DNA from: an uncultured Pirellulales bacterium
Lineage (GTDB): Bacteria; Planctomycetota; Phycisphaerae; Sedimentisphaerales; Anaerobacaceae
DNA length: 64,000 nucleotides
Assembly: GCA_964493425.1 (NCBI GenBank)
Contig: CAZBMW010000010.1
Span: 20,827 to 84,826, forward strand
Reading direction: 5' to 3'
This document shows, in pieces, positions 36,499 through 45,069 of the stretch. The notes beneath the pieces are model-generated. The model searched no databases. It had not been told where the DNA came from and saw nothing but the letters and a program-made list of their open reading frames with translations. Position 1 is the stretch's first letter, and each line of letters starts with the position of its first letter. A program made the translations under genes and the position numbers.

Positions 36499-39102
36499 CT
36501 ATGATGCTTTTTCCCAGAGGATTAATCCCAATTCATTAGGATCGACGAGGTCCTCGTGTTTCGGAACAATTCTGACGGCAAATCCTTGACGCCCGGATTG
36601 TTCACAGGTCATAGAACCGGAAAACCAGTGCTCACCATCCTGGTCGACGCTTTTTTGGTAATCCATTTTCATAGACGTTCCATTTATGATATTTCCCCAG
36701 ACGTCAACGGGGCCGTGATAAAGTTCAACAGAGATTTCATCCGGTTTTATGGCTCCAAGCTTAACTAAAGCCGTAACTTCCAGTTTAGCCCCAACTTTTA
36801 ATTGCGACTGTTCCAGTTTGAACGGTTCCTGCAACTGGCCGTTCTTAATATTGCTTTGTACATCCTTAATAGACAACTCAGGCCAGGCTGATTGTATTTT
36901 AGCCTTCCATTCTGAAAAAGCTTTTGCCCGACTCATAGCCTCGTCGGTTAAATATCGAAATCTGGTTGCCGCCGGATTATAAAATTTCTGAGTATAATCG
37001 GCTACCATCCTATGCGTATTAAAATTCGGGGTTATCCACCTAATTGACTCTTTAACCCTGCTAATCCAGGCCCGCGGCAGGCCGTCCGCACAGCGTGTAT
37101 AAAACAATGGGACAATTTCCTTTTCGAGAATATTATACATAGCTTTCGATTCAACATTATCCTGGTAAGAATGGTCTTGATAAACTTCTCCGGCGCCGAT
37201 TGACCAGCCGCCCTCAGGCCTGTATCCTTCACACCACCATCCATCTAAAGTGCTCATATTCAAAGCACCATTAAGGGAGGCTTTCATTCCACTCGTACCG
37301 CTTGCTTCCATCGTCGGTCTTGGTGTATTAAGCCAGACATCCACACCACGCATAAGATATCTGGCTACATTAATATCATAATCCTCCAAAAATACTACTC
37401 GGCGTCTGACATTATATTGATTTGCAAAGTGAATAAGCTGTCTTATAATTTCCTTGCCCTGGCTATCCTTCGGATGTGCTTTGCCCGCTAAAATGATTTG
37501 GACCGGCCTTTCAGGGTCTGTGAGAAGCTTAACGAGCCTGGTAGGGTCCTTAAAGAGCAAGTTACCTCTTTTATAAGGCGTAAACCTCCTGGCAAATCCG
37601 ATTGTCAAAGCTTCCGGGTTGAGAACTTCATCCGCCCAGTTTAATTCGGTATGATATGTGCCTCTACGCTGCATTTGGGCTTTGAGCCGCGTTCTTGAAA
37701 ATGCCACGAGGCTTTCCCGGTTACGCTGATGAATGCGCCAGAACTCCTCATCAGGAATCTGGTCGATAGTTTCCCAGCTAATACCGTCAATAAGCTCATC
37801 GGCCCAATTGGTTCCAATATATCTTTCATACAATAAGTTCATTTCTTCAGAAATCCAGCTTTTGATATGCACTCCATTTGTGATTGAAGTTATGGGGACT
37901 TCATCTTCAGGCACATCCTGCCATAAAATCGACCACATTTTCCTTGAGACCTGACCGTGCTTGACACTGACGCCATTTTTGTATGAGCTGAGCCTTAGGG
38001 CAAGCACAGGCATTTTGAAAGGTTCTTTATTGTCCTTTGGAACAATCTTACCAAGAGCTAAAAACTGCTCTTTATTTATACCGAGCTTCGTATAATAATC
38101 GGCAAAATATTTATCCACCATTTCGAGCGGAAATTCGTCATTCCCGGCTTTTATAGGTGTATGTATCGTAAAAACATTTCCTGCCTTTGTGGCTTCGAGA
38201 GCCTGTTCAAAACCTATATTCGCTTTATTTTTTAATCGCAGTATTCGTTCCAGGCCCATAAAGGCGGCATGACCCTCATTCATATGACAAACGGCTGGCT
38301 CAATACCCATAGCCGACAAAGCCCTCATCCCGCCTATTCCGAGCATAATCTCCTGGCGGATTCTCATTTCGAGGTCTCCGCCGTAAAGACTGGCGGTAAT
38401 CATTCTGTCTTCGGGGCTGTTTTCCGAAATATTGGTATCCAGTAAATAAAGCTTGACTCTTCCGACATTGACAGACCATATCTGGGCCTGCACTATTCCT
38501 TTCGGATATTCGACGCCGATTTTTAACGGCTGGCCGTCGGATTGTAGAACAATTTCAACAGGCATATTATAAAAGTCATTTTCGCTGTACACTTCCTGCT
38601 GCCACCCATCGACGTTCAGATACTGGCGAAAATAGCCTTTCTGATATAAAAGCCCAATTCCTACCAAAGGTACACCCATATCCGAAACGCTCTTTAAGTG
38701 GTCACCAGCCAGGATACCCAGTCCTCCCGAATAAATCGGCAAACATTCATGAATACCAAACTCGGCGCTAAAATATGCTATTAACGATTTATTGGAATCA
38801 GAGCTGATTTTGTCAAACCAGGTGGGACTTTCAAGATATGTTCTTAGCTTTTCTGCAGCTCGCTTTAGCTCGCTTACAAAACCGCGATTCTGAGCAAGTT
38901 CATCCAGCCTTTTCTGTGAAACTCCGCCGAGCAGCTTGACAGGGTTGTGAGACCACGCTCTCCACAACTTACTGTCAATCCTTTTGAAAAGCTGCACAAA
39001 TTCGAGATTCCAGCACCAGAACATATTTCTAGCGATAAAATCCAGGTCCTTCAAAGACTCCGGCAGCGCCGGCAATACAGTAAAAGCGTGCACACCAAGC
39101 AT
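36499..39102 (-). CDS. glgP: alpha-glucan phosphorylase (GT35)
   Basis: PLP-Lys region EASGTSGMKASLNGAL, GGLGILAGDHLKS, and an N-terminal DUF3417-like region. Confidence 0.9.
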   Translation of the reverse strand: MLGVHAFTVLPALPESLKDLDFIARNMFWCWNLEFVQLFKRIDSKLWRAWSHNPVKLLGGVSQKRLDELAQNRGFVSELKRAAEKLRTYLESPTWFDKISSDSNKSLIAYFSAEFGIHECLPIYSGGLGILAGDHLKSVSDMGVPLVGIGLLYQKGYFRQYLNVDGWQQEVYSENDFYNMPVEIVLQSDGQPLKIGVEYPKGIVQAQIWSVNVGRVKLYLLDTNISENSPEDRMITASLYGGDLEMRIRQEIMLGIGGMRALSAMGIEPAVCHMNEGHAAFMGLERILRLKNKANIGFEQALEATKAGNVFTIHTPIKAGNDEFPLEMVDKYFADYYTKLGINKEQFLALGKIVPKDNKEPFKMPVLALRLSSYKNGVSVKHGQVSRKMWSILWQDVPEDEVPITSITNGVHIKSWISEEMNLLYERYIGTNWADELIDGISWETIDQIPDEEFWRIHQRNRESLVAFSRTRLKAQMQRRGTYHTELNWADEVLNPEALTIGFARRFTPYKRGNLLFKDPTRLVKLLTDPERPVQIILAGKAHPKDSQGKEIIRQLIHFANQYNVRRRVVFLEDYDINVARYLMRGVDVWLNTPRPTMEASGTSGMKASLNGALNMSTLDGWWCEGYRPEGGWSIGAGEVYQDHSYQDNVESKAMYNILEKEIVPLFYTRCADGLPRAWISRVKESIRWITPNFNTHRMVADYTQKFYNPAATRFRYLTDEAMSRAKAFSEWKAKIQSAWPELSIKDVQSNIKNGQLQEPFKLEQSQLKVGAKLEVTALVKLGAIKPDEISVELYHGPVDVWGNIINGTSMKMDYQKSVDQDGEHWFSGSMTCEQSGRQGFAVRIVPKHEDLVDPNELGLILWEKAS

Positions 39103-39406
39103 AATTACCTCTTTATAAATCCTTTTATCACAAAGACTAAGAACACTTTTTTAAACTCGTAAAAAGCCTTTTACTCTCCTTTATTTAATCGTCAAACCGA
39201 ACCTCTGCCTTAATCCGAAAAGCTGACAAACAACCTTTTGAAATGTCACCAAAGTCCGATATTTATAATAATTCCGTTAAAAAACTAAAATTTACCTTAA
39301 GAATTATCCGGCTTACAAATCAGGATATTTAACGACGGTTCGTTCTGTTTGAGGTAGAAAGAAGGCGATTATCAAAGAAAACCAGCGGTTAATCTATAGC
39401 GCAAAA

Positions 39407-39434
39407 CAAAAGGCCTGTATATACAGGCCTTTTA
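39407..39434. terminator. strong palindromic hairpin, bidirectional intrinsic-terminator-like
   Basis: AGGCCTGTAT/ATACAGGCCT (39411-39430) is a perfect palindrome flanked by AACAAA and TTTATT. On the minus strand it is followed by TTTGTTTT. Confidence 0.5.
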
Positions 39435-39745
39435 TTGACAGCAAGGTTTTCCTCCGCACGTGCCGTAAGAAAGAATCTTGAATAAACCCAGTATTTCAAA
39501 GTGGGTAATCGTTACTTGTGACCGAAAGTCCCATCAAAGCAGGCGTTTCCGATACCTCAAGGTCCGACTTCCCTGAACATGGGTATATCGGTTTTTTCAA
39601 AAAATACTTCCTCTACGAACACAGCAGGGGTCAACCTGCAACATTACCTATATTAACAAAATACCAAAAGAATTTCAAGTTAAATTTTCTTTAAATACAC
39701 AACAGCTTCGATTTTTTAGAAAAAACAATTCGCTAACACTATATC

Positions 39746-39765
39746 GGCCTTAAAAAGGCCTTTTT
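39746..39765 (+). terminator. small hairpin plus T-run (plus-strand orientation)
   Basis: GGCCTT-AAA-AAGGCC followed by TTTTT. No annotated plus-strand gene lies upstream. Confidence 0.3.
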
Positions 39766-39856
39766 AATAATAGATTTTTAATTTTGCACCCGAATAAAAT
39801 ACGTAATTTGAAAACCGCAGGCTTTTTAATTTAAAAAAGTTCCTGTTAAAAACTTA

Positions 39857-41350
39857 TCAATCAGCCGGCAGGCACCTTCCCTCAGCCCAGGCAAGAAGGG
39901 ATTTGACCTTCTCTGCCATTGTCCTTGATAAAGGCGGTGAATTCTTTAAGGCAAGGAGGATTTCTTCAGTATTAAGCTCAGTCTTGCTCGAAAATGCCTG
40001 ATAAAGAGCTGATAGAACCGCCTGTTCGATTTCAGAACCGCTATAACCTTCCGAAACATCAGCTAGCTTATCAAGGTCAAACTTTTTGGGGTCATGGTTA
40101 CGTTTTCTGAGATGAATCTCGAAAATCTCGCTCCTCACATCTTTTTTGGGCAGGTCGATAAAAAATATTTCATCGAAGCGACCCTTACGCAAAAGTTCCG
40201 GCGGCAGGGCCTCTATATCATTAGCCGTAGCAACTACGAAGACAGGCTGTTCATGCTCCTGCAGCCAGGTAAGAAGGGTTCCAAACATTCTTTGAGACAA
40301 TCCTCCATCAGCACTCCTGCTGGCTGCCGAAGCAAAAGCTTTTTCTATTTCATCAATCCATAAAACCACAGGAGCCATCATCTCCGTCTGCTTGAGAGCC
40401 TCGCGAAGGTTACGCTCCGACTCACCTATGTAACTTGCATACAAAGCCCCGGGGTCCATCCTTAATAAAGGCTGATGCCACGCAGTTGCAATTGCTTTTG
40501 CGCACAGGCTTTTTCCCGCTCCCTGAACGCCGAGCATAAGAAGCCCGCGAGGAGCCATGATCCCGAATTGCTCAGCCTGCGAAGTGAACGCAGCTTTACG
40601 CAGCTCAAGCCACTGTTTCAAACGCCCCAATCCCCCTATCTCGCTCAAATCAACAGGTGTCTTAATGTACTCGAGAAGACCACCGTGCTGAATAATTCTT
40701 CTCTTGCTCGCAAGAACCACATTAATATCATCGTCGTCAAATCGCTGGTTATCAGCTATAGTATCACTGATAATCTGTTCAGCCTGCCTCCGGTTCAGGC
40801 CTCGCAGGTTCTTAATGATTATATCCAAACCCTTTCGCGTTATGCCGATTTCAATAGGCTTTTTCTGATGCAATCTCTGCAGGGTTTCGCGTATGATATC
40901 CTCAAGCTCTTTTTCATCAGGATAAGAGATTTCAAACAGATGAGTATAAGATTTAATTACATCAGGCAGTTTACCACTACTGTCAATCATTACAATAGTG
41001 CTCGAAATCTTACCGAAGCGGTTAATCATATCCCGAAGAATTCGCAGAGGTCTTCCTGCCTTAATATGTTCGGCTATATCAAGAGTAACACATATCGAGC
41101 CCGGTTTTGAACCCGCGAGGTTTGACAAACCTGCCTCCGGTTTCAAGGTGTCCGGCAAAGGTGGCCCATCTTCGAGCAGGCACAATCCCTCCCTGACACC
41201 TTCGGAAACCGACCATATCCATAAATCACGGCCGAACTTTCTCGCCGCCTTTCTGATAATATCAAGCGCGTACTGTTCCTCATCCGTAACAATCGATATG
41301 CAGCTGTATCCGCCAGCGATAAGTTTTTCGAATCGCTCGTAATCGTTCAT
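39857..41350 (-). CDS. AAA+ ATPase, Ycf46-like
   Basis: Walker A GVQGAGKS, Walker [10 protein letters not shown], and the second region of homology with RKGRFDE. The N-terminal roughly 250 aa ([22 protein letters not shown]...IWSVSEG) resemble Ycf46-type proteins. Confidence 0.75.
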   Translation of the reverse strand: MNDYERFEKLIAGGYSCISIVTDEEQYALDIIRKAARKFGRDLWIWSVSEGVREGLCLLEDGPPLPDTLKPEAGLSNLAGSKPGSICVTLDIAEHIKAGRPLRILRDMINRFGKISSTIVMIDSSGKLPDVIKSYTHLFEISYPDEKELEDIIRETLQRLHQKKPIEIGITRKGLDIIIKNLRGLNRRQAEQIISDTIADNQRFDDDDINVVLASKRRIIQHGGLLEYIKTPVDLSEIGGLGRLKQWLELRKAAFTSQAEQFGIMAPRGLLMLGVQGAGKSLCAKAIATAWHQPLLRMDPGALYASYIGESERNLREALKQTEMMAPVVLWIDEIEKAFASAASRSADGGLSQRMFGTLLTWLQEHEQPVFVVATANDIEALPPELLRKGRFDEIFFIDLPKKDVRSEIFEIHLRKRNHDPKKFDLDKLADVSEGYSGSEIEQAVLSALYQAFSSKTELNTEEILLALKNSPPLSRTMAEKVKSLLAWAEGRCLPAD

Positions 41351-41389
41351 CTCGCACCGCCAAAAATATGACTAAATCCAGATTTGAAA

Positions 41390-43402
41390 TCAAGCTGTCC
41401 GCAACTCAGCTCTGGTAGCTTTTTTCAACTCCGCAACTATATCATTCTGGAAACCATCAACAGTCTCGTGCGTCAGGGTGCCCTGCTCATCCCTGAACCG
41501 CAGGGTGAAAGTAACACTTTTCTTCCCACCCGGAATACTTCTACCTCGATATATTCCAACAAATATGACCTCTTCCAGCTCAGCAGGAGCGGCCCTTTCT
41601 ATTGTACTCGCGATATCAGCCCAGATGACCTCTTCATCAATTACAAGCGACAAATCACGCTCTATAGCAGGAAATTTAGGTATCGGGGCAAATTTTACTG
41701 CCTCACTCTGCAAAGCTTCAAGCTCTTGTAAATCCAACTCTGCTGCACAAATCTGCACATCTGTAAAGTCAAATTTATCCTTTACCTTGTCCGAAACGAC
41801 ACCTGCGTTCCCTATCGTCTTGCCGTTCACAGATATCACGGTTGCCGCTTGAGCCCAGGCTAAATCTGCCTTTGTAAAAATAACCTCTGCATCCCTTTCA
41901 AGCACTTTTATTAGTCCATTAATTACACCTTTTAGCTCTCGAAATTCGCCGTCACAGGCCAGCGCCAGCTTCGTCTTCTCAACTGGCAATTCTCCCTTTA
42001 CTCCTGGAACGAAAGTGTCAGCAATTTCAAATATTCTGCAGGGAGTATTTTTAACATTCAAATTGGTCTTAACAACACCCAGCAAAGACCCAATCAGGGT
42101 TTGTCTGAGCAGATTCACACTTTTGCGCGATTCATCCCTGACAGCCAGGTGCCCGTCTTCGCGAGATACGCTGAAAAGCTCAGCTATATCATCTGCAACA
42201 AACGTTACACTAATCGTTTCGTAGTAACCACAGCCGTTAAGGTATTTACCAATAACTTCTCTCAGCTTTTGACGCCTATCAACGGGGGCAACCACGATAT
42301 TTATTTTCTCTTCGGTCGGAAGCTTATTGTAGCCATATAGCCGGGCAACCTCCTCAATCAAATCAGCCTCGCGATAAATATCCGCTCGCCAGGAAGGAAC
42401 ACTGCATTCTAAAAAATCATTTTTTCTTTCAGGATTAAAATGCAATGCCGACAATATCCTCATCATATCATCAGCAGCTACTTCGATGCCAAGCAGCTTA
42501 TTAACTCTGCTTGGCCGCAGTGACACTTTTTTTGGCTTACTCTTTTTAGGATAAACATCTACCACACCCTTTGCAACCTTGCCGCCTGCCGCCTGCACAA
42601 TAAGCTGTGCCGTCCTCTTGGAGGCCCAGTCAACATTCTCGATATCGACAATACGTTCAAACCTGAAAGCCGCCTCAGAAGGAAGACTAAGCCTTCTGCT
42701 TGTATTGCGAATCGTCACCGGGTCAAAGTATGCATCTTCGAGCAGGATAGTATTAGTATCGGCTCCGACCTCAGTATATAAACCACCCATCACACCAGCC
42801 ACGCCTACAGGCTCTTTAGCATCGGCAATAACAAGCATATCACTAGTAAGCTCGCATTTTGTTCCATCGATACTGACTATTGTCTCCCCGACCTTCGCTC
42901 TTCTCACTATTATTTTGCCCTCTTTAATCTTTCTATAATCAAAGGCGTGCGGCGGCTGGCCTGTCTCCAGCATCGCATAGTTAGTCGCATCGACGACACT
43001 ACTTACAGAACGCATACCGACTGCTTCAAGCCTTTTTCTCATCCAGTCCGGCGAAGGCCCGACCTTTACGCCCTCAATAATCCTTGCAGTATATCTGCCG
43101 CACAAATCAGCATCTTCAATTTTAACACTGACAAACTCACTGGTCTCTTTTTGCAATTCCGCCAGCTCAACAGCCGGTATTTTCAGCTCTCTACCCGTCG
43201 CCGCAGCCAGCTCTCGCGCAATGCCTATATAGCTCAGACAGTCCCCCCGATTGCTTGTAACCTCAACATCGATTACAGAATCATCCCCCAAATGCTCAAT
43301 CCCCTCACAGCCAAGCCCAATATCGCTGAGAATCTGTGCTATCTGCTCTGCAGATTCTGAAGCCTCGACATAATCTCTCAACCAGCTCAAAAGAATTTTC
43401 AT
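41390..43402 (-). CDS. pheT: phenylalanine--tRNA ligase beta subunit
   Basis: Start at ATG 43400-43402 (MKILLSWLRDYV). B3/4 domain (TNYAMLETGQPPHAFD), B5 domain, and a C-terminal FDX-ACB-like domain. Confidence 0.93.
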   Translation of the reverse strand: MKILLSWLRDYVEASESAEQIAQILSDIGLGCEGIEHLGDDSVIDVEVTSNRGDCLSYIGIARELAAATGRELKIPAVELAELQKETSEFVSVKIEDADLCGRYTARIIEGVKVGPSPDWMRKRLEAVGMRSVSSVVDATNYAMLETGQPPHAFDYRKIKEGKIIVRRAKVGETIVSIDGTKCELTSDMLVIADAKEPVGVAGVMGGLYTEVGADTNTILLEDAYFDPVTIRNTSRRLSLPSEAAFRFERIVDIENVDWASKRTAQLIVQAAGGKVAKGVVDVYPKKSKPKKVSLRPSRVNKLLGIEVAADDMMRILSALHFNPERKNDFLECSVPSWRADIYREADLIEEVARLYGYNKLPTEEKINIVVAPVDRRQKLREVIGKYLNGCGYYETISVTFVADDIAELFSVSREDGHLAVRDESRKSVNLLRQTLIGSLLGVVKTNLNVKNTPCRIFEIADTFVPGVKGELPVEKTKLALACDGEFRELKGVINGLIKVLERDAEVIFTKADLAWAQAATVISVNGKTIGNAGVVSDKVKDKFDFTDVQICAAELDLQELEALQSEAVKFAPIPKFPAIERDLSLVIDEEVIWADIASTIERAAPAELEEVIFVGIYRGRSIPGGKKSVTFTLRFRDEQGTLTHETVDGFQNDIVAELKKATRAELRTA

Positions 43403-43600
43403 AATAAAAACACCATAAAAACTAACTGAATTTGCCAATAGCATACTGCTGGGCTCTTTAGGTGTCAATAACCGATTTATAATACTATATTTACAGATGG
43501 AAATGGGAGGAACATAAAATATTCTAACAGCAAATTTTGCTCTTCCGTATTTTCATATTTCGATTATAATATGACAAACCAATATTGAAGGGTATATATT

Positions 43601-44005
43601 ATGAGAAGAGCAAATTCATTTTGGCTATTAGCAGTCTCTCTGCTTACAAGTATTACGATGTCCGGCTGTGTAGAGCGCCAGCTTACAATAAACACAGTAC
43701 CCTCTGGTGCGCTGGTAGAGCTTAATGATGAGCAAATCGGCTTGTCCCCCGTTACAGTCAACTTTAACTGGTATGGTGACTATAATGTTACTATTCGCAA
43801 GGAGGGTTTTGAAACATTAAAAACACATCGCGAACTAAAAGGCCCCTGGTATGATAAATTCCCCTTCGATTTCTTTGCTCAGGTTTTAAATCCCAAGAAA
43901 ATTGTCGACAAATACGAATGGTCGTTCGAGCTTGAACCTGAAAAGCAAGTCAACCGAGAACAGCTCCTCCAGGACGCCCAAAACTTAAAAGAGCATATGC
44001 AGTGA
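43601..44005 (+). CDS. PEGA-domain lipoprotein
   Basis: Lipobox ITMSGC, then LTINTVPSGALVELNDEQIGLSPV (PEGA motif). Confidence 0.7.
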   Translation: MRRANSFWLLAVSLLTSITMSGCVERQLTINTVPSGALVELNDEQIGLSPVTVNFNWYGDYNVTIRKEGFETLKTHRELKGPWYDKFPFDFFAQVLNPKKIVDKYEWSFELEPEKQVNREQLLQDAQNLKEHMQ

Positions 44006-44067
44006 TGAAAGCTTAAAAAAATCGCAAAGTAAAACGATTCGAACCTGCTTTTTAATCCAACTGCGTT

Positions 44068-45009
44068 TCACAAAAGATTTTTGTGATACCAGTCTATGGC
44101 TAATTGCAGGCCCTGTTCGAATGACACCTTTGGTCTGTAGCCGATAAGCCTCTCGGCTGCGGTGATATCAGCCAGTGAATGCTTTACATCCCCTGGCCGC
44201 GGGTCGGTGTATTCAGGTTTAACATTCTTACCTACAAGATTGTTTATCATATCAATAATTTCGTTAACGGTCACAGCCTTCCCACAGGCGATATTTATTA
44301 CCTCGCCGCTTGTTTTCTTCGCCCTTGCGGCGAGCAGATTAGCATCAACCACGTTATCAACATAAGTAAAGTCACGGCTTTGCTCACCGTCGCCATATAT
44401 TGTTGGCGGCTTATTTTTCAGAATCGCTGTTACAAAGGCGGGTATTGCTGCTGCATACTGGCTGGTTGGGTCCTGATGCGGCCCGAAAACGTTAAAATAA
44501 CGCAGCGATATGGTCTCAAGGCCAAAGACGGTGTAAAATACCTTACAGTAATATTCACCTGCAAGCTTGGAAGCCGCATAAGGCGATAACGGTTCCGGCC
44601 GCATTGTTTCAACCTTCGGCAAAACAGGCGTATCGCCATAAGCTGAAGAGCTGCTCGCATAAACAAAACGCTTCACTCCGGCATCACGCGCTGCCAACAG
44701 TACGGCGAATGTCGCATCCAGACAATGTCTGTGAGTAGCTGCAGGATTATTTACGCTTTTGGGAACCGAAGGAAGTGCTCCCTGATGCAAAACAACACCA
44801 ATATCCTTCATCGCTTCACGGGCGGCCCTCCCATCGCCCATATCCGCTTCTATGAATTCAATTCTATCAATTACTGAGGCTAGATTGCCTTTCTTGCCCG
44901 TTAGCAGATTATCAATTACCCTGACAAAGCAGCCTTCTTCAACAAGTTTTATACATATATTAGAACCAATGAAACCGGCTCCGCCGGTGACCAAAAATCT
45001 TTCCATCAA
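44068..45009 (-). CDS. NAD-dependent nucleotide-sugar 4-epimerase/dehydratase (WbpP/TviC-like SDR)
   Basis: GGAGFIGSN, catalytic YAASK, RYFNVFGP. Confidence 0.85.
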   Translation of the reverse strand: MMERFLVTGGAGFIGSNICIKLVEEGCFVRVIDNLLTGKKGNLASVIDRIEFIEADMGDGRAAREAMKDIGVVLHQGALPSVPKSVNNPAATHRHCLDATFAVLLAARDAGVKRFVYASSSSAYGDTPVLPKVETMRPEPLSPYAASKLAGEYYCKVFYTVFGLETISLRYFNVFGPHQDPTSQYAAAIPAFVTAILKNKPPTIYGDGEQSRDFTYVDNVVDANLLAARAKKTSGEVINIACGKAVTVNEIIDMINNLVGKNVKPEYTDPRPGDVKHSLADITAAERLIGYRPKVSFEQGLQLAIDWYHKNLL

Positions 45010-45069
45010 AAAATCCTTTAGAAGCAGCGAATTTGAAGCAAATTATACAGTCCAACCAGACGACGAGCT

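Noticed and set aside
39437-39600. SRP RNA, 6S RNA, RNase P RNA or tmRNA in the glgP/AAA intergenic gap.
   Set aside because: Superficial matches (CAAGGTCCGAC..., GGAGGAAAACC) do not reproduce the conserved SRP domain IV (GGAA/AGCA) or RNase P P4 (GAGGAAAGUCC) motifs. The segment is also too short for RNase P or tmRNA. It is kept only as an unassigned sRNA candidate.
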